Assembly (NCBI GenBank): GCA_963578475.1
Contig: CAUZCL010000005.1
Location: 60,530-124,529 of the forward strand
Length of the DNA: 64,000 bases
Source of the DNA: Acidobacteria bacterium bin61
GTDB taxonomy: Bacteria > Acidobacteriota > Vicinamibacteria > Marinacidobacterales > SMYC01
Direction of reading: 5' to 3'
The translations under genes and the position numbers were made by a program. The notes beneath the pieces are model-generated. The model searched no databases. It worked only from the letters and a program-made list of their open reading frames with translations, and had not been told where the DNA came from. Numbering within the stretch: the first letter of the stretch is position 1; every line of letters starts with the position of its first letter. This document shows positions 48,213 to 57,862 of this stretch, piece after piece.

Positions 48213-50255
48213 TCACGTCAGTGTTGTCGAATAAGCAGCCCCCACCCGCGGGCGTTCGGCGGGAGGCCCACCCTTGATGGGGATCGCCACGGTAAAGGTC
48301 GAGCCCTTTCCGAGCTCGCTCGTCACCGTGACCCGCCCGCCATGGTTCTGCACGATGCGGTAGCAGATCGACAAGCCGAGGCCTGTCCCTACACCGACAC
48401 CCTTGGTCGTGTAACCGGGGTCGAAAATACGGGCGAGATCCTCTTCCGCGATGCCGGCTCCGTCGTCGGAAATGCGCACGATGGCCTCGTCGCCGTCGCG
48501 AAGCGTCTCGATCCGAATCTGACCGCGATCGTCGATAGCCTGAATGGCATTGACGATGAGATTCATGAAGACTTGATTGAGCTGTCCCGCATAACCGTTC
48601 ACCTGCGGGATGTCGCCATAGACTTTGTCGACCGAGATGCGATTTCTCGTTTTGTGCTCGACGAGAGCGAGTGTCTCTTCGAGCCCTTGGATGAAGTCGA
48701 TGCTCTGCCACTCCGACTGATCGAGGCGCGCGAACTTCCTGAGATTCGAGACGATGTGAATGATGCGGCGAGACGCCGTCTCGTTGACGGCGTTCATCTC
48801 ACGCAGCACGGCGATGGAGCTCGAGATCGATTCTAGCTCGGGAGCGGTCAAGCTCTCACCGGAGGCCAGGCGGTCACCCACGCGCGCGAGCGCTTTTCCT
48901 TCCGTCTGCGTATTGCTGTGGATGGCGCCGAGCGGAGTGTTGAGCTCGTGGGCAATGCCGGCGACGAGCTGTCCAAGCGACGCCATTTTCTCGGACTGAA
49001 TCAGCTGGAGCTGCGTCTCTGATAGCTCCCGGAAATCGACGAAGCGCTGGAAGGCAACCGAGATCGCATCGGCGCACTCGGTCAGCGTTGTCACGTGCTC
49101 TTCCGTCGGCTCGTCCGCCTGCGAGCTAGAGGCGAAGAGGACCCCGTGCGAGAACGGCACGGCGACGAGCCAGCGCGACTCGAGGTGCCCGCCCTCTTCC
49201 GCAAAGTCAGTGCCGTCGAACCGCAGGGGCTCGACCCGTTGTTCTTTCCACGCATCGATGAGCTGCTGGACCTGCGGCGTGTCGTTGACCGAGAGGTCCT
49301 TTGTCACTAGCCCCCCGCCCTCCGTCGCGCTGTAAGTCTGCACCTTGTCGTCGTTGAAATTAATGATGGCGATGCCACAGACCGAAAAGCGAAGCCCGAG
49401 CCGCCGTAGCTCGTCCTGCAAGACGTCGATGGCGAGCGCCAGGTCGTCCGGTTTCTTCATCAAGAAGACTTGTCTCACCACCTTGGCGACCGAGCGGCCT
49501 CGGCGGAGCTCGCGGTTTTGCTCGTGGAGCGTCAATCTCTCGAGAGCATCGAACAAGTCCTGTGGCGTCATACGCATATGGCCGAACTCCGCGTAGTAGA
49601 CCCAGCGCACGATCCCGTATTTGTCGACGAGGATGCCCGTCGGAAACGCGACATCTTTTCCGGGACCGCCGCCCCGGTGGCGGATGTCGAGCTTGTCGAT
49701 GAGCTCGCCGTTCTCGTCGGAGAGAAAGGTGAAATCAGCCCCGACCTTCCGTCGGAAGGCTTCCGAGATCGCAGGAGGATCGACGCTAATAGCGAAAATC
49801 CGGGCATCGGCATCCGCGACCCTCGCTTGGAATTTCTGGAGCTGCCCGAGCTCACTCGTGCAAAACGGTCACCAGGGCCCCCGGTAGAAGAGGTAAAGCG
49901 CTGTTTTGCCGTCGAGCCCCTGGAGGCTTTTCGAGTCGAAGGTCCCGCCGCGGGAATCCTGGAGCGTGAAGCTTGGAAACGGCTCGCCCAGCTTCAAGCT
50001 CGTTTCTCCGCGCGAGAATCGCGCGCCGATGCTCATGTACCAGGTAAGGCCGGCGAGCGTCACGAGCTCGACGAGGAAGAGAACCCAATGAACGACGTTT
50101 AGCCTCGTCAGCACGGTAGCAAAGCCGATGGCCGCGCTCGCGCCGACGAGCGCGAATTGCTCGAAAGGATAGCGGCGATACTTACCGCGCCGAAGCGTCC
50201 ACTGGAAGAGAAAGACGCTCACAACGAGGATTGCGATGCCTACGAAAGCCAGCAT
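48213..50255 (-). CDS. Candidate selenoprotein: 3-TM anchor plus AhpC/TSA–TlpA-type redoxin domain (W-U-P-F-C, U encoded by in-frame TGA 49869-49871) fused to sensor domain plus HisKA/HATPase histidine kinase
   Basis: The frame is open from 50255 to 48213 except for one TGA. Upstream of TGA: LKLGEPFPSFTLQDSRGGTFDSKSLQGLDGKTALYLFYRGPW. Downstream: PFCTSELGQLQKFQARVADADARIFAISVDPPAISEAFRRKVGADFTFLSDENGELIDKLDI...FPTGILVDKYGIVRWVYY...TPQDLFDALERL (redoxin fold). It then continues without a stop into the GAF/PAS-like region, the H-box LGQLVAGIAHELNTPLGAI, and the N/G1/G2 boxes of the ATPase domain. The ORF table splits it into 49869..50255 and 48213..49610 only because of the TGA. Confidence 0.6.
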
Positions 50256-50559
50256 GTGTGTACTCCATACTAGCGTAATCCTTCTGGGCAGAGCCCCGCC
50301 AGCACGGCCTCATCTGGCAGTGTGGTGAAAGCGACATGACGAGCACCATCCCAAAAAATCCATCACGAATAGCCACCCGAAGAGAACCTGCTGCCGGTCG
50401 GACAGACGAGCGTGGATTAGCAGCGAGTCCGTCACTAGCGTTTACGAGTTTCGTTCTGAATGCTACACTAGATCCAAAGACTAACAATCCAGTTCACCTT
50501 CACGGTAACCGAAACTAACCAATTTTCGGGCCGGTCGTCTGTCTTCTTCAGGTGGTTGT

Positions 50560-51225
50560 TTGAGCGCTTCGAGTTTCCGTTTTCGCTATCTTGTGGGCCT
50601 TTTGTGTCACATCGCTCTGGCCCAGGTAGCGTGTACGCCCCTTACGCTCTCACCCGACAGGGCGCCGTTGATTCTGGCCTCCTGCGGTGCGCAACCAAAC
50701 TTCACCTCCGCGACCCAACTAAAAAAGTGGCAAAGCTTCCCGGTCGACATCTACGTCGATCTCGGTCCGATTCCCGAAACGCTGGTCGAGGTCTATCGCG
50801 AAGGTGTCGAGCGCGGCATCCATCTCTGGGCGGAAGCCCTACCACAGACGACGGGCCGCTTGGTTCAGTTTCGGGTGAGCTACTCTCCGAACGCGGCCCC
50901 GGTCACATTATCTCTCAGTGCAGGCCCGCTTCCGGAAAACGCAATGGGCATCACCGCGCTCACCTTCACGGACGAGCTCATCGTGAACGCCAAAGTTAAG
51001 CTGACGCGTAGCCATTACGAGCGCACCCCCTTTCTCGTGAACGACCTCGCCAACACGACCGCGCACGAGATCGGCCATGTGCTCGGCATCGTGGACCACT
51101 CCCCGTCCTCCGAAGACAAAATGTCGGTGGCAGACAATTTTGGCGTTCACAATCAAGAACAAGACCCTGTGAGTCTTCTCACCGCGAGCGACCTCAACAC
51201 CCTCCGAGAAGCTTACTGCCGCTAG
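50560..51225 (+). CDS. Small secreted zinc metalloprotease, snapalysin-like (M7-type HExxHxxGxxD motif)
   Basis: Signal peptide. TAHEIGHVLGIVDHS closely resembles the snapalysin HETGHVLGLPDHY zinc site. 221 aa. Confidence 0.6.
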   Translation: MSASSFRFRYLVGLLCHIALAQVACTPLTLSPDRAPLILASCGAQPNFTSATQLKKWQSFPVDIYVDLGPIPETLVEVYREGVERGIHLWAEALPQTTGRLVQFRVSYSPNAAPVTLSLSAGPLPENAMGITALTFTDELIVNAKVKLTRSHYERTPFLVNDLANTTAHEIGHVLGIVDHSPSSEDKMSVADNFGVHNQEQDPVSLLTASDLNTLREAYCR

Positions 51226-51285
51226 GGGCAACTTGCTTCAATCAGTACCCGCGCACTAACATCGCGCGTTCTTTTATCGAGCGAG

Positions 51286-53964
51286 GTGTGCTTCATGGTC
51301 CGTGCGTCCGTCTTTTCTTTTATTCCTACTCTCTTCCTCGTTGGCTACGTAAGCGCCCAAGAAGCGTTTTGGCCAGGTGCGAGCTATGACTCCACTGTGC
51401 CCACGATGGAGCAAGTCTTGGGCCACGCCCCCGGCGATAGGATCGTCTCCCATGCCGAGATGCTCGAATATCTGCGAGCGCTGACCGAGGCGCGACCCGC
51501 GCAAATCCAAGTGCAAGAATACGCGCGAACATGGGAAGGACGTGAGCTCGTCTATGCAGTCATCGGATCGCCGGCCAACATGGGAAGGCTCGACGAGATA
51601 CGCGCCAATATCCAAAGGCTCGCCGACCCCCGCACGACGACCGACGCGGAAGCCGGCGCCATTATCGAGAACCATCCCGCCGTCACCTGGCTTGCCTACG
51701 GGGTGCACGGGAACGAAATCTCTTCACCGGATGCGGGCTTGCTCACGGCCTACCACCTCCTCGCCGCCCAGGGCGACGAGATCGTGGACACAATATTGCG
51801 CGAAACCCTCGTTGTCATCGTTCCGACGCAAAACGCCGACGGACGCGACCGCTTCGTGAATCACTTCCGCGTCGCCGAAGGCATCGCGCCGAGCGCCCAT
51901 CCGGCGGCCGCCGAGCACGACGAGCCGTGGCCCGGCGGTCGGACCAATCATTATTATTTCGACTTGAACCGCGACTGGCTCGCTTTGACGCAGCCCGAGA
52001 CGCAAGGCCACGTGCGCGCAATCCTTCAATGGTTCCCGCAAATCTTCATCGACCTGCACGAGATGGGCGGCAACTCGACTTATTACTTCACGCCGGAAGC
52101 CATACCCTACAACCCTCACATCACCTCGGGCCAGAGAGAAACGCTCGATGTCTACGGACGCAACAACGCGAAGTGGTTCGACACCTACGGATTCCTCTAC
52201 TTCACGCGCGAGATCTACGACGCCTTTTACCCCGGCTACGGTGCGAGCTGGCCGCTATTTCACGGCACACTCGCGGCGACTTACGAACAAGCGTCGGCGC
52301 GCGGGCTCGTCTTCCGTCGCAACGACGGGACCGACCTTCACTTCAGAGACGGCGTGCGCCATCACTTCGTGGCCTCCATCGCTACCACGGAAACAACTGC
52401 GCGGAACCGCGCGCGCTTTCTCGACGGTTTCTGGACCTACCGTAAGTCCGCCATACAAGAGGGCCGGAGCGAGAGTGTAAAAGCCTACGCCATTGCCAAC
52501 GAAGGAGACACGGCGGCGGTGCGCAAGCTCGCGGGCATTCTCGCCGAGCACGGTATCGAAGTGAGCCGCGCAACAGCAGCTTTCACGGGCTGCGGCCGCG
52601 CCGGCGACTTTCCCGCGGGAAGCTTGATCGTCGAGCTCGCGCAGCCGGCGAAGCGACTCATTCGAACGATCCTCGATGCCGACGTCCCGCTCGGCGATGA
52701 CTTTCTGGTAGAGCAAGAGCGCCGGCGCAAGAGAAACCTTCCGGACGAGATCTACGACGTCACGGGCTGGGCGCTGCCGCAGCTCTTCAACGTCGAGACG
52801 GTCACCTGCGATGTCGTCCCCACGGGTAATTTCGAGCCCGCTGGGAGCGAGCGCGTCACCCCCGCGACGATCACAGGAGGCCGCGCGCGCGTCGCCTACC
52901 TCGCGCCCTGGGGCACGGCCGCGGCCGGGCGTTTGCTGGCAGGAGCGCTCCGCGCTGATCTTCGCGTGCTGAGCGCCGACAAAACGATCGAGCAAAGCGG
53001 GCGGACCTACCCCACGGGGACGCTCATCTTTCCCGTGGACCAGAACCCGTCCGAGATGCACGACACGCTCGACGAGCTCGCGCGCCAGACGGGCGCCGAG
53101 GTCGTCGCCACCGATACCGGCTGGGTCGAAGGCGGCGTCAACTTCGGAAGTCGCAACGTTCGGCACGTACGGCGGCCCGAGGTGGCGCTCGCATGGGACG
53201 AACCGACTTCGTCCAGATCCGCGGGCGCAACACGCTTCGTGCTCGAAGGTCAATACGGCTATCCCGTCACGCCTATCCGCTCGCGGCGAATAGCTTCGAC
53301 CGATCTGCATCCTTTCGACGTCCTCATCCTGCCCGAAGGAGACTACGACTCGGTGTTCGACGAAAAGACGACCGTGAGCTTGAAGCGCTGGGTGGAGGAA
53401 GGCGGGACGCTTATCGGGCTCGGGAGCGCGGTCGACTTTCTTACCGATGCAGAGCTTTTGTCATCGCGGCGCGAGAACCAGACGGAGCGCGAGGACGATC
53501 CCAAGAAAGAGGGCGACACACCTCCCGCGATGCTGCTCACGTCCGAAGAGGATTACCTGAAAGCTATCGAGCCGAAAGAAGAGAGGCCCGACGCGGTCGC
53601 CGGAGTCATGGTGCGCGCCAAGCTCGACCCCGACCACTGGCTCAACGCCGGCATGGGTGACAGTGTCTATGCGCTCGTGCGCGGCCGAGCGATCTATACG
53701 CCACTCACGCTCGACAAAGGACGCAACCCCGCAGTCTTCGCCGGCGCCGACGAGCTCGTCGCGGGCGGTTATTTGTGGGAAGAGAACCGCAAGCAGATGG
53801 CCTATAAGCCGCTCACGATGGTCGAAGGCCACGGGCGCGGCCTCGTCATCGGTTTCGTCGCCGACCCGAACTACCGTGCCTATATGGACGGCCTCAACAC
53901 GATCTTTTTGAACGCTGTCTTCCGGGGTCCCGCGCGGGCCCGCCCAGCCGTGCTCGGGCGATAG
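51286..53964 (+). CDS. M14 family zinc carboxypeptidase with large C-terminal extension, secreted
   Basis: Zn ligands in GVHGNEISS (HxxE) and later His. Substrate-binding NADGRD/R residues. Catalytic Glu region FIDLHEMGG. 892 aa. Confidence 0.8.
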   Translation: MCFMVRASVFSFIPTLFLVGYVSAQEAFWPGASYDSTVPTMEQVLGHAPGDRIVSHAEMLEYLRALTEARPAQIQVQEYARTWEGRELVYAVIGSPANMGRLDEIRANIQRLADPRTTTDAEAGAIIENHPAVTWLAYGVHGNEISSPDAGLLTAYHLLAAQGDEIVDTILRETLVVIVPTQNADGRDRFVNHFRVAEGIAPSAHPAAAEHDEPWPGGRTNHYYFDLNRDWLALTQPETQGHVRAILQWFPQIFIDLHEMGGNSTYYFTPEAIPYNPHITSGQRETLDVYGRNNAKWFDTYGFLYFTREIYDAFYPGYGASWPLFHGTLAATYEQASARGLVFRRNDGTDLHFRDGVRHHFVASIATTETTARNRARFLDGFWTYRKSAIQEGRSESVKAYAIANEGDTAAVRKLAGILAEHGIEVSRATAAFTGCGRAGDFPAGSLIVELAQPAKRLIRTILDADVPLGDDFLVEQERRRKRNLPDEIYDVTGWALPQLFNVETVTCDVVPTGNFEPAGSERVTPATITGGRARVAYLAPWGTAAAGRLLAGALRADLRVLSADKTIEQSGRTYPTGTLIFPVDQNPSEMHDTLDELARQTGAEVVATDTGWVEGGVNFGSRNVRHVRRPEVALAWDEPTSSRSAGATRFVLEGQYGYPVTPIRSRRIASTDLHPFDVLILPEGDYDSVFDEKTTVSLKRWVEEGGTLIGLGSAVDFLTDAELLSSRRENQTEREDDPKKEGDTPPAMLLTSEEDYLKAIEPKEERPDAVAGVMVRAKLDPDHWLNAGMGDSVYALVRGRAIYTPLTLDKGRNPAVFAGADELVAGGYLWEENRKQMAYKPLTMVEGHGRGLVIGFVADPNYRAYMDGLNTIFLNAVFRGPARARPAVLGR

Positions 53965-54024
53965 CGCATTAGGCGTTCGGCGCTATTCACCTTATGATGG
54001 CGACAACGTAGAGAAAGGAAATCT

Positions 54025-55068
54025 ATGCGTTTCGTGTACCCACGTCTCGAGAACTTGATCTTTGTCGGCTTGCTGGCTTTCGGGATCACGGCTTGCTTGA
54101 GCGACGAAAACGAAGAAGCGCCCGCCGCCGCTCCCGAGGTCGTCTCCGAGGTTGAAGAAGTGAATGCGGAGCCGGCTGATCCCGAAACGTTCCCCAACAT
54201 CGTCGCGATCGTGAACGGGGTAGAGATTTCGAAAACTGAGCTCCTCGAGCGCATCGCGGGCGCCGATGCGCAAAAGGGCGGAAGCCCCGGCCCCAAGACC
54301 GTCGCGTATTATCGTGAGATCCTGGATCAACTCGTTGGCGCGGAGCTTCTCTATCAAGCGTGCCGCGATCGAGACATGCTCGCGACGAGCGCCGACGTGG
54401 ACAGAGAGCTCGACAAGCTAAAGAGCCGCTTCCCGCAACCCGACCGGTTCGAGCAGTCCCTCGAAGCTCACGGCATGACCCTCGAGAAGCTACACACCGA
54501 AATGCGGCGAAATCTGAGCATCCATAAATTCATCGAGACGGATATCGCCAGTCAAGTGAGCGTCTCCACGGAAGACGTGCGACGCTTCTATGACGGGGCT
54601 CAAGATCAGATGCGCCAACCGGAACAGCTGCGGTTGAGCCACATACTGAAAAGCGTCGATCCCGAGGCCACGACCGAGGAGCGAGCGACCGCGCTCGCGG
54701 CTATCGAAGGCGTCCTTCTCGAAGCGAGCTCCGGAGCGGATTTCGCTGCGCTCGCGCGGGAGAATTCCGAAGATCTGGGCTCGGCGCAAAACGGCGGAGA
54801 GCTCACCGTAACGCGCGGTCAAACCGTGCCGCCCTTTGAGCAAGCAGCTTTCGCGCTCGAACCTGGCGGGCTGAGCCCCGTGGTCGAGACACAGTTCGGC
54901 TACCACATCATCAAGATGTTGGAGAGGATCGAAGGACAGCTGATTCCTTACGAAGACGTTCAGGCGCAGATCGAGCAGGGTTTGAAACAAGAAGCGATTC
55001 AGTCCCGCATGCAGCAAGCGATCGCGTCGCTAAAAGAAAGTGGCGAGGTGGAGCTCTTCATCGAATGA
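54025..55068 (+). CDS. PpiC-type (parvulin) peptidyl-prolyl isomerase lipoprotein, SurA/PrsA-like
   Basis: Lipobox LAFGITAC. SurA-like N-domain. Parvulin domain (LSHILKSV...GGELTVTRGQTVPPFEQAAFAL...GYHIIK). Confidence 0.75.
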   Translation: MRFVYPRLENLIFVGLLAFGITACLSDENEEAPAAAPEVVSEVEEVNAEPADPETFPNIVAIVNGVEISKTELLERIAGADAQKGGSPGPKTVAYYREILDQLVGAELLYQACRDRDMLATSADVDRELDKLKSRFPQPDRFEQSLEAHGMTLEKLHTEMRRNLSIHKFIETDIASQVSVSTEDVRRFYDGAQDQMRQPEQLRLSHILKSVDPEATTEERATALAAIEGVLLEASSGADFAALARENSEDLGSAQNGGELTVTRGQTVPPFEQAAFALEPGGLSPVVETQFGYHIIKMLERIEGQLIPYEDVQAQIEQGLKQEAIQSRMQQAIASLKESGEVELFIE

Positions 55069-55114
55069 GGAATGAGCGCTCATGTTCGCCAGCATCGCTC
55101 GCGGCGAGAGGTAG

Positions 55115-55758
55115 CTAGCGGGTCATTTTCTGTTCGAGCTCGTCGCGGAAATTGAGGATGACGTTGAACTGATTCGAGCCGCCGCGTTGGACCATCACGA
55201 AATGGCCGCCGTCTGGCGAGACATCGTACTGACGCTCCTGCTGTACCTCGTCCCCTACACGAAAAGCTCTTCGAAACAAAATCTCGGGCTTTCCGGGCGA
55301 TGGTGAGTCCATACAATATTGCCCGGCTTCAGGTCACGGTGGACGATTTCGGCTCGGTGCGCGTTGTCGAGCGCGTCGGCAATTTGACTTCCGTAGCGAA
55401 GGACGTCCTGAAGCGGTAGCGGGCCCTTGCGAAGGCGCTCCGCGAGTGTCTCACCTTCGATGTACTCCATGACCAGGTAGGCAACCCCCTCATCCTCACC
55501 TAAATCGTGGAGTATACAAATGTGCGGGTGGTTCAAGCGCGAGATAGCACGCGCCTCACGCTCGAAACGCTCGCGCCACGCGGGATCTGAAGCTACCGCA
55601 TCGGGAAGTACTTTGATGGCCACCGTGCGACCGAGCCACGTATCGCGAGCTTTGTACACTTCACCCATACCGCCTGCACCGATGGGCGAGAGAATCTCGT
55701 AGTTACCCAGCCCTCTGCAGGATTCGAGCACCATCGGCCGTAGGTTATAGCAGACCAC
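55115..55758 (-). pseudogene. Remnant of a Ser/Thr protein kinase–PD40 beta-propeller fusion gene (kinase N-lobe joined to the extreme C-terminal tail)
   Basis: ORF 55255..55758: IGAGGMGEVYKARD...VAIKVL...HPHICILHD...HRDLKPGNIV, then divergence. ORF 55115..55312 in another frame: YDVSPDGGHFVMVQRGGSNQFNVILNFRDELEQK. This is the same C-terminal signature as the second kinase remnant at 62700-62966. Confidence 0.6.
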
Positions 55759-55875
55759 ACGGCAGGCGGGACCCCAAAGCGCCTCGAGCTTGGTCTGGAC
55801 TGAGTAAATCGCAACAACCAGCCAAAAACGCGGACGGACGGGACTCGTCCGCAGCTCGTGCTGCGAACACGTCGT

Positions 55876-56200
55876 CTAGCCAAGTAACTCGATAACGGCT
55901 CGGGTGCCGGAAGCCTTGGTCAGTCGGCGATCTCCAGTTAGTAGAGTGGCGCCGAGCGCCTCCGCGAGACTCATGTAGGCGCCGTCATAGGTAGGAACAT
56001 TGTCTTTGAGCGCCCAGATCCTCGTCAGGAAATCAGAGTGAGCGTAGCGGTTCAAATCGAGAAGAGCGAGGTGCTGAAGTGCTAACTGTGCGCGTTCGTC
56101 ACTAATTTCACCAACTAGAACGTACCTCCGCAACGTTGGCCAGCGGTTTGGCTGAAACTCCGGTCGATCCGGAAGCCCATGACATGTACGCAGAGTTTGC
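55876..56200 (-). CDS. PIN-domain (VapC-like) C-terminal fragment
   Basis: RYVLVGEISDERAQLALQHLALLDL...YDGAYMSLAEALGATLLTGDRRL. No PIN N-terminus or antitoxin upstream (listed ORF N-terminal 100 aa is low-complexity). Confidence 0.4.
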
Positions 56201-56973
56201 GACTTCCGGACATGACTTGAACGCTTGGGACCTCGAGTTCGAAAAGCCGGACGCGATCGGCGCCAAGATCGCCGTTGCCATCCGCACACCTCCGATGAGG
56301 TATGCAAGACAAGGAGCGACGGGCGAGACCAAAGGTGGGGTCGTCGGACCGGGAACTCCCTATTCCCGCTATCGCAGCCAAGATCCGTTCTTCGTCGGTG
56401 TTTCTTTGGATCGTTTTGTGCGAAACAAAGCCCCAGAGAAAAGCCTTTCACAGCACGTTCGAGAGGAAATCTATCGCTCTCTCGGAATCTATCGGGCCCC
56501 ATCCGTGCGATATCTCACACGTGATGGGAAGCTGAGCGGCGTCCCACCGATGCATCATGGTCAGCACGTCAGCATCGATGCAATGGCCAAGTTTGGCACC
56601 CTGATAGCCAACAAGGGTAAAGATCCAAGGACGGGCCGCCAGCTTTTGCACGCCGGCGCCCTGGAATAAATTTTGCCACGCACGGACCGCTCCGGCTATG
56701 CCGAGGGCTGGGCGATTGAGACGCGACCCGACGATCCCGGTCAAAGCGATCAAGTCCACTACGCAAAGTTTTTTTCACCTTTGGCCCTATCGGAATGCTG
56801 AGGGTTGCTTCTATCAGTATCCGCAGGCCCAGGGCTTTGGAGGCAATCTGATTGCCGTCTTTCCGAACAGCATGGTTGGGGTACGCGTTGCCCAGAATTT
56901 GTTCGGAGGCGATGACCCTTATGACTCCAAGGCGATGGGACGTTTGGCAGACTTCCTGGTTCCATTCTGCTAA
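56136..56973 (+). pseudogene. Frameshifted C-terminal fragments of a beta-lactamase-family serine hydrolase
   Basis: ORF 56136..56669 (...MHHGQHVSIDAMAKFGTLIANKGKDPRTGRQLL) and ORF 56698..56973 (GFGGNLIAVFPNSMVGVRVAQNLFGG) carry the family C-terminal signatures in different frames. No SxxK N-terminal region. Confidence 0.45.
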
Positions 56974-57167
56974 AGCTCGATGTTGAGGGAGCAGCCAGCG
57001 AGGCGCGCTCGCCCACGCGGTTTCCATTCAAATCGCGCTGTCCCTGCTGCGGCTCGTGCAGCGAACACGTGTTCACGGAGCGCGAGTATCACTCGAGCTT
57101 GCCAGCGCGTCTGAAGAAACGAGACCTCGTTGTTACGACATGTGCCGAGGGCTCCCTCGACGCCGAC

Positions 57168-57851
57168 TTATTGCCGCCGAAACGTAAACGTCCCAACCGG
57201 AGCCACCGCATCCCCTAACGCCAGTGGTGCGCCTTCAAGATGCGCGATCGGGATACGGGGCACCGTGTCGTCGTCGGGCGCGCTGTACGTATTGCCGCTA
57301 TCGGTGCCGGCATCGTAGGGCTGAAGCTCGACGACGATCTCGTCGGCCCAATCTCCGTTCTCGAACAAACTCATCTCGCTCACGCCCACGAACCAATCGG
57401 GGCTCGGCGCGACCATCGAGACGAGGGTCACGAACGGAAACTCGACGCTGATGTCGAAAGCAAGGGGCACGTTGCCCGGCGAGCGCGCGATACCATCGCC
57501 GGACAGAAGGTTCTCTGCGTTGCCGTTTTCAATCGCCCGTCCGATTCCCACGTCGAGCGGCGTTTTGGAGCCGAGCTCCGCCATCACTTCGATGCCGTTG
57601 GTCGCGATCTCACCGGGGTTCCAAAAACGTATGCCCGCGCGATGGGTCGCGCCGATGAGTCCCGAGAAGTGCGGATTCGAAGGGAACATGTTGGGGTGGG
57701 TCGCGGCGCTCCAGGTAGCCGCGAAGGTTACGACATAGCTCGCGGTGGCGTCGTATGTTGGTGGCGGCCCAGGCGCTACCGGAGGCGTCGTGGCGGTGGG
57801 ACCGGTATCGCCGCAGCCGGCGCTGAGAAGAAGCGCTGCGGCCGAGAACAC
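57168..57851 (-). CDS. Spondin_N domain lipoprotein
   Basis: Lipobox LLLSAGC. YVVTFAATWSAATHPNMFPSNPHFSGLIGATH...FWNPGEIATNGIEVMAELG matches the bacterial spondin N-terminal domain pattern. Confidence 0.6.
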   Translation of the reverse strand: MFSAAALLLSAGCGDTGPTATTPPVAPGPPPTYDATASYVVTFAATWSAATHPNMFPSNPHFSGLIGATHRAGIRFWNPGEIATNGIEVMAELGSKTPLDVGIGRAIENGNAENLLSGDGIARSPGNVPLAFDISVEFPFVTLVSMVAPSPDWFVGVSEMSLFENGDWADEIVVELQPYDAGTDSGNTYSAPDDDTVPRIPIAHLEGAPLALGDAVAPVGTFTFRRQ

Positions 57852-57862
57852 GATTTCTCACG

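Noticed and set aside
50560-51225. Calling the small metalloprotease a matrixin/astacin-type metzincin (HExxHxxGxxH)
   Set aside because: The third ligand position is Asp (HEIGHVLGIVDH), which matches the snapalysin/M7-type HExxHxxGxxD spacing better. Annotated as snapalysin-like with moderate confidence instead.
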